A stretch of DNA of 63,397 bases, the filler included, from Lenisia limosa (taxonomy: Eukaryota > Protista > Breviatea), in the NCBI GenBank assembly GCA_001655205.1. It is 11 parts of 11 records of this genome, joined end to end, with 100 filler letters (N's around TTAATTAATTAA, not from the genome) between each part and the next. Parts side by side here need not be neighbours in the genome. Positions count along the whole stretch, not along the records: positions 11,806 to 13,612 come from LPNZ01000256.1; positions 13,713 to 15,969 come from LPNZ01002953.1; positions 16,070 to 26,681 come from LPNZ01008118.1; 8 more parts are not named here. One strand, given 5' to 3'. The notes under the pieces were generated by a model. That model worked only from the letters and a program-made list of their open reading frames with translations. It was not told the origin of the DNA and made no database searches. Within the stretch, counting starts at the first letter, position 1. Every line of letters begins with the position of its first letter. The translations under genes were made by a program, and so were the position numbers. This document shows positions 12,122-22,312 of the stretch, one piece after another.

Positions 12122-13612
12122 ATACGCAGTATCAGATATGGACGTTATCAGACCTCAACGACGCCATTTGTAAGGTTTATATCTTCGGCCAGGCCCTTCA
12201 TCATGTTTGTGGGAACAATGTTTCTTCGGTTCGAAAAAGACCGGTAAAATTTCGATAGTTTTCGATGACTTATAGAAAGATTGTTCAGAAGGGTGGGTTA
12301 TGGCTTATTTGTGCATAAAGACATTGAAGTTGGATTATACCGATGGGATGCGGTCTTGCAGTAGCGACTGGCCTGGACTTTGTTTATTTTGTTGTTATCA
12401 ACCCTTGTGTGTTGTTGTCAGCCAACATAGTTGATTTTAGGCTTTTTTTTGTTGCATATTTTTCATTTTACTCCCCCCCCCCCTCAGCATAAAGACGTTG
12501 AAGTTGGGTCCGTCTTGGCAGTGACCAATACCGACATCGTATCTGCTCGAGATGTGGGGGGATAACTATAGTTGTGTTTGTATCCGTTTATTCGTACTTT
12601 GTTGATGTTCTTTATATTATCCGTGCAATTTATTGAATAAATTGTTTAAAAATCTGAATTGAGACTTATTGTATGGAGAATCCTATTTCAGACACTTTCA
12701 CCTACATTTGTCACTTCTTCCCCCCAAGAACCGAACAGGGATTATCCTGAAGACGTTCACTGCCGACCACATTCTCTGCCTCGGCGAGTCCCTTGACATG
12801 ACCATTTGCAAGGTTTTTGGAGTGTTAATTTCTCGCGGGGGGGATTAAATTTTCGAACATGACATTTGTTTAGGGTGGAGTGTGGTGTTTTATAATACGG
12901 TTTTTTGAAACGCTTTCCGGATTGTCAAAAAAAACAGACACCTACGGAAATCTCGACAAAACCTATACGATATGAAACATTCCCCAAGGATTTGGTTAAG
13001 GCTTATCCCAGTCACTGTGTATTTTCTCAATGAACACTGACCATGATAAGTCCTGGTACGGATATTGAGCTTTATCTTTAGTCGATCGTGTCAGGACTTA
13101 TCGCTGTCACTGTACCTTGTGTATCTCACAATGAAAACACAAAAGTATGCTTAAATTTTCAGGGAAAGAGCTCAGGCAAAAGATGTTCAACTGCTATCAA
13201 TAAGTAGGCGGATTATGGGTGTAATACTATTTAACTGAATGTGGTGGTCCATTTATCTCTAGATGATGTGATTAGGGTTACAAGCGAAGGCATATGAGTG
13301 AATTTGTTTAAATTTGTTGGAAACCTCTGTTCATGACACCATATTATGATAACCCCTCCAGAAACAATGGTTCACTCTGTTCACTGCATATGGCTTTGTC
13401 AATGAAGGAACTCAAGACTAGGCCGGAGCTGAGCAACAGGAATATGTGGGTGGAAGGGTGGAAGAGTATTTTGAATCCCATATCTCTCTTACAAGCGTAA
13501 TTCTACCAGATACAACCTTGTTTTTTTATTTCCGATTGCTAGATATATTCTGCCCCTTACTCCTCCCCCAATTTCAGGCAGCAGCGTTTGGACAAGCCCG
13601 TCACTCAGGCCA
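12122..13612 (+). CDS. MCM10: MCM10 replication factor, OB-fold and Zn-finger fragment
   Basis: YQIWTLSDLNDAICKVYIFGQALHH-HKDVEVGSVLAVTNTDIV-RTGIILKTFTADHILCLGESLDMTICK-GKSSGKRCSTAIN-NNGSLCSLHMALSMKELKTRPEL parallels the MCM10 internal domain (FSIWKLNDL..LFLFG..GEALDLGTCK..C..C..H). Confidence 0.8.
12221..12277. mobile_element. Family A MITE, truncated
   Basis: CTTCGGTTCGAAAAAGACCGGTAAAATTTCGATAGTTTTCG in an MCM10 intron. Confidence 0.7.
12342..12487 (+). repeat. Family D dispersed repeat ending in the MCM10 3' splice site
   Basis: GATGGGATGCGG...AGCCAAC..AGTTGATTTTAGGCTTTTTTTGTT...TTTTACTCCCCCCCCCCTCAG|exon. Confidence 0.85.
13035..13112. mobile_element. Family B MITE, subfamily B2 (right end of another copy at 13001-13017)
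   Basis: CACTGACCATGATAAGTCCTG...CAGGACTTATCGCTGTCACTG-TA. Confidence 0.8.
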
Positions 13613-13776
13613 NNNNNNNNNNNNNNNNNNNNNNNNNNNNNNNNNNNNNNNNNNNNTTAATTAATTAANNNNNNNNNNNNNNNNNNNNNNNNNNNNNNNN
13701 NNNNNNNNNNNNATATATATAATATATGATATGTATATTATTGTATATTTGGGAAATATCCATGCTCATTGTCCAG

Positions 13777-15774
13777 GAGTGTGCCGAGGCAAGATGGAGA
13801 AGTTTCTCAGCAAACTTCATTATGTCTCTGGTAGGCTTTAATCTTGTTAGCATTTAGATAACTCACTACCCAAAACAACATAATGAATGAACTCAAAGAT
13901 ATATTCATAATGTCCTCTCTAACTTGTGCGCCAAAAAAAAAACACGATAACATAGTTGAATGTTAATTTGCATTCTAGATTATTGGTAATGTAAGTTCTG
14001 CCTTATTTTTCCATTCCTCGTTAAAAATGTACTTTATCATGTGCATTTCATAGTTTTAGCAGTATTGTTTTGCTTTGTGTCATTTTCAATTTCAACTCCC
14101 TGACTATGAAGGAAGCTACGACTCGGTTGACGGTTTCAAAACGCTCCACTCCAAGCTGTGTGCCCTTGAGACAGAGAGCTTGGGCCCTAGGGCCAATCGT
14201 TTGTTCTATTTTGCGTTGCCCCCTAGGTGAGGGGATGAATAATGACCACTTTTTTTCTGTAATATACAAATGAGCATTTATCACAGATGTATTGAGTGCG
14301 TTTTAGGGGAAGTCCTCAACTTCATTGTGTTGTATTACTGTGTCGTATATTGCATTTATTGTATACAATGTTGAAGTTTTATGGCACTGTTGTGGTATAA
14401 GTAGACGGAAATTGTGACCATTTCTCATCTTTAAGTGTGTACTCCGCTGCCGCTCACAACCTTCGTAGTGCTGCATGGTCACATGTGGGTTAATAATTAT
14501 TACCTGGGCGGTATCCATTTTACGAAGGTTTTTAAGGTTAATAATATTTACATGGTTAGTATATTTTTTGTACATTTCTGATTGCGATATGGTTTACTCA
14601 AGATAGACCGGCTTCAACCGTGTGATTCTGGAGAAGCCCTTCGGACGTGATTTAGCTTCGAGTGTCGAACTCATCGAAGACGTTTCCTCCATATTCAAGG
14701 AAAAGGAAATGTATCGAATTGGTTAGCATTGGGATTATTGGGTGTTCTATGCTTCAGAAGTTTATTTTTTCTCAAATTCGTCTTGGAGTGTCCAATGCCC
14801 CATTTTTTTTGTTTTGGTTTGTCACAAGATGTTTTTTCTCTCGGCTTTTTTTTTTATATATATTTCAGATCACTACACTGGAAAGGAGATGGTTCAAAAC
14901 ATTATGGGTAAGTGGTTAGTGATTGAGGCATTGATTCCCCACATTTTCTTCACTCTTTTCTGTCAAATATTTTTTCATTGTCCATAGTTCTGCGCTTTGG
15001 TAACCGAGTTTACAAACCCCTGTGGAATCGCGAGCACATTGCCAGTGTCACTGTATGTGGGAAGAGCGACTTGGCATGGCATTTTCGTCCAAACTGTAAT
15101 TGAAACCGGTTCCACAGCTTCTCATTATAATATATAATATCATATATTATCATATCCTTAACTAACTGTGTAACGCTCTCAGATCACAATGAAAGAGCCC
15201 ATTGGAACAGAAGGTCGAGGCGGCTACTTTGAGCACTACGGCATTATTCGTGACGTCATGCAAAACCATCTCATACAGGTACTGGCCCTTATTGCCATGG
15301 AGCGCCCCGCGTCCCTTGATGCCGAGCACGTTCGTGATGAGAAGGTGCGACAAAGGCAATTTCAGTAAAATATAAGAGTGCTATTGGTGCTGTTATAAGA
15401 AAACGTAGTAGTTAAAACCGACATGTGAACTGCTAATTTATTTTTCTTTATGCTGATGGTTTTAGGTCCGCGTTCTCCAGCGTGTGGCACCTCTGAAGGT
15501 ATGCAGAAAGTACTCTGTTGTAAAGAACAGAAAATAATAATTTGACTGTACAAAGTAGACTGAGACCAAAGTATTTACTATGTGTATGTACATATCACAT
15601 ACACTGAATGATATGATATATTACGTGGACGGCATACTGACAGCATGGTCACCTTTATGCCATCAACTCTTGCTATCTTATTTCAATATGGCTCTTATCC
15701 CCCTGGAATTTTGACTGCTCAGCTTGAAGACGTCGTCCTGGGACAGTATGTAGCTGACCGAGCTGGTGTTAACC
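13777..15774 (+). CDS. G6PD: Glucose-6-phosphate dehydrogenase, internal fragment
   Basis: [91 protein letters not shown] across nine phase-compatible exons. Confidence 0.97.
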
Positions 15775-16069
15775 GTAAGTCGTGGGCATTTGTCTCTCAT
15801 ACTTCTGTCACTCCAGTGCAATAGGGCTCTTTTTTTGTAAGATTTTGGCAGTATCCTTTTGAATATCCTTTCCCTATCTCCTGTCATTTGCATTGTTATT
15901 ATTGGATAACAACATATCATATACATATCGTATGTAATGTATTAATACATGTAGTATATATCCCCGTCCNNNNNNNNNNNNNNNNNNNNNNNNNNNNNNN
16001 NNNNNNNNNNNNNTTAATTAATTAANNNNNNNNNNNNNNNNNNNNNNNNNNNNNNNNNNNNNNNNNNNN

Positions 16070-16278
16070 GAAAGAGGGGGGTTTCAAAAAATATTTTCGC
16101 GTAAAGGAAACTGGGTGACCCGGCCGGGTCGATTCTGATCAAAAGATCTTTTTTTTCGATTTTGCTCTCTCCTCTTTTTTTTCTTCTTTTTGCTCATAAT
16201 TTCTTTGTTTTGGTGTTAATAGTCTAGTACTCAAAACTGCCGAATTTCACACTAAAAAGGGTGTTATTGAAGCGATTT
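16070..16278 (+). mobile_element. Second copy of the family H TIR, at a contig start
   Basis: Near-identical to 44968-45166. Confidence 0.85.
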
Positions 16279-16649
16279 NNNNNNNNNNNNNNNNNNNNNN
16301 NNNNNNNNNNNNNNNNNNNNNNNNNNNNNNNNNNNNNNNNNNNNNNNNNNNNNNNNNNNNNNNNNNNNNNNNNNNNNNNNNNNNNNNNNNNNNNNNNNNN
16401 NNNNNNNNNNNNNNNNNNNNNNNNNNNNNNNNNNNNNNNNNNNNNNNNNNNNNNNNNNNNNNNNNNNNNNNNNNNNNNNNNNNNNNNNNNNNNNNNNNNN
16501 NNNNNNNNNNNNNNNNNNNNNNNNNNAGTTTTCATTATTAAAAAAAACAGCTTTGTGCTTGAAAGTAGGAGCAGATGATATCTTACGTTATTGTATGTAC
16601 ACGTGTACCTAAGGGGGTATGGGACCATTTCAATTTGTTACGAATTAAG

Positions 16650-19600
16650 GCCATTCTGCGGTACGGAGATGTTGAGGTTCGAATGGCAATCCCACCATTC
16701 CCCCTTTTCCCGGTTAGTGGGAAATTTTTGTTCTGTGGGATATACCAACATGTACTTCTAGTAGGACCTCATTTGCATAATAAAACAGATAGTAACTGTA
16801 AATGATGCTTTCTGGCCAAATTTGGGCTCTTTTTTTTTGTTTAATAAATTATCAATTTTACCCCCCCCCCCCAGGGCGAAGAGCTACTTGACGGACCAAT
16901 GCATTTGACTGTTGTTGACGACAACCAGGCTCTTTGCCTCAAGGCCAAGGCAGACGGCAAGTACTTCACCAAACCATGTTGGAGGCGTTGTGTTCGAGCT
17001 TCCTTTTGCTTATTCCACACCATCATCAGAGTGTAGCAACAATACCAAATTGATATTTATAATATCATTTTCATATTGTATTTCTCCAAATTCTCACTTG
17101 GATTGAGTCGACGTATCAATTATTCCAAACTTTATCATATGCTAGCCAATCGTAACTCCATTTTGGGATCACGAAGCTGTTATAATACCTTCAGCATCAA
17201 CGGAAGATGCATTTGAAGATAACTTCAAGGCTGGCGAGGAATGGCAATTCCTTGGTGGGAGGGGGGGCTTTGTCTTAATTTTTCGATCATGGGGAGTTGG
17301 TCTTACTTTTCCAAACCTGATCTCTCACAACATTTATCTAATATGAAGTACTTACCCCTCCCCCAGGGCCTGGTGCTTACCCCTCCCCCAGGGCCTGGTA
17401 CTTACATTCCGCACGGTCATGTCGATGTAACTCAGACGCTGAACGCTTACGTATTGAGAGTGAGCGGTTGATGCGGGTCTTTTGGTGCTCAGTATTCATC
17501 GCTTCCTACATACTCTACTGGGCAGATACTGTTGGTGCTTATCGCGTGATGGTATGGACGGCTTCAGCCTTTTTTTGTTTCTCATTTCTACAATATTGTT
17601 GCTCATCATTCAGAGCAACGAGGCGCTTCTGATGGAGGCAAGATGTGACCATGATGGAAGAAAAACGGGTATGATGGAAGATGTATTTTATTTAATTCAA
17701 AGTCCCTAACCCATCACATACTGGTTAAAATAACAATAAAAACAAAGGGGGGGGGGGGGGTCAAAACAANNNNNNNNNNNNNNNNNNNNNNNNNNNNNNN
17801 NNNNNNNNNNNNNNNNNNNNNNNNNNNNNNNNNCGGCTTCGTTCTAACATTGGATTCCTGGTGCTTCGCTTTCTTCCTCAGAATTAATATTTTAGGAGAG
17901 CAGTGGCTTGTCGAAACTGAGGGGCTCTACCTTCCGAAAACCTACGAAATTGTCAAAACTAGTAGGCTGTGTTTAATGACACATGATATGAGCATAACGA
18001 GATTTTCAATTTTCAATTTAGGATTTTGTACCTTTAAAATATTTTTTTGACTTATCTTAGATGTATTATTCGTGAACAAAGCTTTTTTTTTCAGCCAAAC
18101 TGTTTCCCCTCGTCATTTTGTAGTTCACTCGGCCATTGTGCTGTCAGAAACCGAAGCGGTCCGGATTGAGGCCTTGAAGGACTTCACTGACACGTTTGGC
18201 GTGAAGAGGAAGATCGGAGGTGGGAATAGGTTGCAGGTAATATGCGATAAGTCCTGACGCGGATATTGAGCTTTATCTTGTCAATCGTGGCAGGACTTGT
18301 CGGGGTCATTGTACCATTTGACATATACTCATGGTGACCGTCATGCTATCTCTGTTCATCAATTGAATGTTGGTTATATGATTATAACACTGAGAAATGG
18401 GATAGAATTATCGCTAAGTCCTATTAGCTACATATGATTTTATGATCAATGCTATCCTTAGAAATGATACTCAAGTGCTTTTTTTTTTTGAAGAAAACAA
18501 ACCCAATTCCGTCCTTCATTTGCCGTAGATGTGTACCTGATTACCCCCGATATGACAAATGCCTTCATTCCTCGCGTGGAAGAAAAGGGTCCGTGGGCTA
18601 AGCACTGGAAATATCATCATTAAATCATATCATATAGATATGTGATATGCATTCATTATGTGTAATAAATGATGTAGTAGTATTTCGAAATGTTATTTTA
18701 CGAATGTTATGTATTCAAAAGGGTTATTATGTTGCCAACCGTTTAATGTGTTCAGTTCTCTGTGTACGGCCCCTTATCTCCCTGGCTGCGAACCAGTTTT
18801 GCTATATCAAGAACGAGACCGGTACCGTCAGGTTGCTGGGAGGACACTGTTTGTGCAAAGGAACAGGGATGATGCACATTTCATTTTGATCATTTTATGT
18901 GAAATGAATAATGACCTAGGATGGAAATGGGCGAGCAGACGCTGTTCCTTCCGCCCAAAGACACCATTATCCGCTCTCCAACTGCCGGCTTTGTTTTGCG
19001 TATTTGGGGCGAATATTGGGTCTGATCTAAATGAGTCATGTGTTCAATTCGAGGGTGGGGGTCATTCAAAGAATGCTGTGATACCCTAAATTGGGGGCAA
19101 GAAGAGGGTTTCATATTTCAGGATTCAGAACTCTTGTGAAATTGTTTCTTTGAATAATAAGGGATTGATCTTTTCCGAAAAAGAGCGAAGAACTGTTGAC
19201 CCTCTTGTTGGTCCGAACGAGGCTCTCAGAATATTTTCTGATAGGATTCACCCGGCTCACCGCTCAGAAAGTGACGAAGCCCTTCATTTGATGGCCAACA
19301 GGGACTTCGTCGACGTCAGGAAGGACCCTAATGTAGGACTTCCGCTGTTCAAAAACAAAAAAAAATCAGTATTCAATTTATGTGTTGTTGGAAAAATTGT
19401 TGAAAGCACTTATGTTGTTGTTTTGTTTCACGTTGCCATTAACTACCCAGACCGGTTCAGTTATTTCGTCCACCAAAAGAGTGGCGGGGTCAAGGTGGAT
19501 GCTCTATGGCCCCACCATCTTCTTCGTTCCAGTGGAGGTGGGACTATCCCTGGAGTCTATTATTGTTTTTGTTTTGTTTTTGAGGGGTGACGGAAGGAGA

Positions 19601-20525
19601 GTACTGCAGGGAGTCAGTGTGATGGTTGTCCAATATCTGCTTTAGTTAAAAATAAGTAGACTAATTGCAGGCTTGGTTACCCACAAACCATCTTTCGCCG
19701 AATCTTTGATCAAAAGACCTGTGCTTGTTGCTGACGAAAGCGCAGCAGGGTCTTCTCTTAACAGCTTGTGTGCAAGAACATTGGCAAAATAAACCATGTC
19801 TGAGGAAAACACTGGCCAAAAATGATCACACCTCATTCATGATTAATTACATAATGTAATGTATCGATGCTGCGTTGACATGCTTCGGCCATTGGAAGTG
19901 TCGATGCTACAACCTGGAAAATCGTCGTGAATAGTACAAGTTGGGATTTCACGTCCAATATGGTTTGGCGGTTGATTATCGAAGCCAGAGCATTTGTGAG
20001 TTGTGGGATATCACATTTTTGCTTCATCACAACGTACGTCGACTATATCATTATAAAACTGTAGCATCTTTCCAGTCCAATGTTACTGCTTCCTGTTTTT
20101 TTTTCAACTGCAACTTCTCAATATACCCCCGCTCGTCGACGCCATCCTTACATGGAAAGTTTTTAGTCACCCAGTTGGTTTATCGTCACAATCAATGTTG
20201 TGACTCGATATTGGGCTTTTGAATGGTGGCTTGGGAGGGTTTGGTAGGGTTCCAATCGCTTGTCCGTCATGGATACATCTGGCAGAGCTTTCTGGGGCTT
20301 TGTGCACCTCTCTCTTTTATTGGCTTTGTCTTGTTATTCCCTCATTTGTCTTTTCCGCAGTAGTTAGCTGATATTCTCTACTTAGTTCCCTTTTTCACCT
20401 TAAGACAACGTTTAATTCTGTAGGTGAACATTATTGACAAGTACAAGGCTGCTATTGAGCTTTTCAACTACCCGCTCTTCTTCCGACGCTCCGACTTGAA
20501 GCACAACTTCCATCACAAGGCTTGA
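16650..20525 (+). CDS. MVP: Major vault protein-like (repeats ~R2-R7) with atypical hydrophobic C-terminus; 5' end missing
   Basis: EVRMAIPPFPLFPGEE, AGEEWQFLGPGTYIP, GEQWLVETEGLYLP, IVLSETEAVRIEALKDFTDTFGVKRKIG, AGSRWMLYGPTIFFVP match successive MVP repeats. Exon linkage after 19540 is inferred. Confidence 0.8.
18243..18311. mobile_element. Family B2 MITE
   Basis: Internal GGATATTGAGCTTTATCTT shared with the 13035 copy. Confidence 0.75.
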
Positions 20526-20942
20526 GCTGAACTGTCGCTTTTTAATACGCTTTTCATTTTTTTGTATGAAGTTAGTTATTTATTTATGAATTTCTTCTAA
20601 AGGGATTACCTAAAGTGAGGAATATATAATGGGGAGGCACGTAGAAAGCTGTGTGCGCCCGCCTGGACGGCTTTAGTCAGATACAATATATCATCATATC
20701 ATATAATATGAATGCATATTAACATTTCGAACAACACTATTCATCTTCGAACCCAGTTTGTGGTAAAGTTGGAGATACATTTTCAAAATGAACTACGATT
20801 TCTATACAAACTATTTTAGAGTATATGCTGCCATTATGGTATTAACCACAACCCTTGCCTAAAAACAATCCACAGTTGTTTACCGAATATGATGCATAAT
20901 ATACATACACGCTCTTAAAAAAAAAGGTGGAAGATCTTTGAT

Positions 20943-22153
20943 CTACTCGTAGATCCACTTCTTGTTCTCGGGGGTCCACTCGATGACGTCCTCTCCGAAC
21001 CAGAGGGCAATCTCGCGGGCGGCTGACTCGAGGCCGTCAGATCCTGTGATCGTCATAAGCAGATTTGTTGACCCCCCCCCCTTGTCTTAACTCTGGAACT
21101 ATGGGGATGACTTTGATACAGTTCCCATGCGACAACTTTACCGCAAAACGAATAAATTAATGGGTCTAGGTATCGTTTTAGGTCTTATCATGCCCGAAGC
21201 AACCCCCGTACCGTGGATGATGTTGCGACCCATGTCACAGGCGTAGTCACCGCGGATGGTGCCGGGGGCAGCCTTGGAGGGGTTGGTGGCGCCTGGGGGG
21301 TGAGAATTTAAGGAACAAAAAACAAAAATCAACTCTACAGGGGATGTGCACAGAACTGAAGGAAATCATGGTTGACAATTCAAAAATCGGAATATAGTCA
21401 TGACAGAAATGGGAAATATTCATGTAGGGGGGGGGGGTGATGGGATTTTAAGCTTGATTGAATATGAAACACAAGACTGATAGTGAAAAGAAGAAGAAAG
21501 TGAAAAAGAGGAAGAAGAAAGAAATANNNNNNNNNNNNNNNNNNNNNNNNNNNNNNNNNNNNNNNNNNNNNNNNNNNNNNNNNNNNNNNNNNNNNNNNNN
21601 NNNNNNNNNNNNNNNNNNNNNNNNNNNNNNNNNNNNNNNNNNNNNNNNNNNNNNNNNNNNNNNNNNNNNNNNNNNNNNNNNNNNNNNNNNNAAGGCCGGG
21701 GTAGAAGCCCTTTCCGACGTGCTCAGCGTAGTGCTTCTAGAACATTGTCAGAAATGGTCACGAGGAGATTTCGGAGAAGGGAAGAGCATTAAGCGCCCCC
21801 AAACGTCAGCAAGGTCCTCGGTAACATTCATCATCTTCATGCCACGAAGAGTGAAGCCCTTGCGCTCAAAGCGAGCGATGACATCGGAAACCTGAGTCCA
21901 GTCAGTCGCTATCAGCAGCCATTACCAATAAATATGCATGTAACAACACAAAATAAGCGGTATATGGCTGAGAGGCAATGTGTCACGAATTGGGGGAAAA
22001 TCAAAACGAGTCATATTCAGCTAAAACCCTTGCCAAGCACCATAAACCCCACCTACGAGTCCACGCTGGACACCGTCGGGCCTAAAAAAGAGTGAGTTTA
22101 GTTGCTCGGAAGAATATTGCGACTTACTTGATCATAAGAAAAGTAGACTCCAT
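20943..22153 (-). CDS. NDK: Nucleoside diphosphate kinase
   Basis: [68 protein letters not shown] (catalytic His), EIALWF...WIYE*. One exon lies in an N gap. Confidence 0.97.
21293..21347 (-). repeat. Family D tail ending in the NDPK 3' splice site
   Basis: Reverse strand AGAGTTGATTTTTGTTTTTTGTTCCTTAAATTCTCACCCCCCAG|exon. Confidence 0.65.
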
Positions 22154-22312
22154 TGTAAACTTAAAAAAGGTGAAAAAAGGTCGAAAAACAAAAAAAAAAT
22201 CTAGTAATAAGGGAAACAAATTCACGGATTTTTCCTTTTATTCTGAAACAAGCTCCTCTTAAGCTCCTCGTTCCCCTCTTCCCTACCAGCGTGTCAGCAC
22301 AATATAGAGATA
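22154..22312. promoter_or_regulatory. Putative bidirectional promoter between NDPK and LAS1
   Basis: Head-to-head ATGs 159 bp apart on one contig. No specific motif identified. Confidence 0.5.

Noticed and set aside
15851-15875. U12-type donor-like GTATCCTTT / ATATCCTTT
   Set aside because: Mid-intron, not at any inferred exon boundary.
8113-16069. Apparent nesting or clustering of COMMD10, myosin, MCM10 and G6PD fragments
   Set aside because: Each lies on a different contig separated by artificial linkers, so no synteny can be inferred. The same applies to linking the TUTase with the SF1 helicase as an RNA-silencing cluster.
21850-21866. Family A TIR-like AGGGCTTCAC in NDPK (also 32815-32826 in the TUTase)
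   Set aside because: Short matches inside conserved coding sequence (KGFTL, SGFTL) with no element core.
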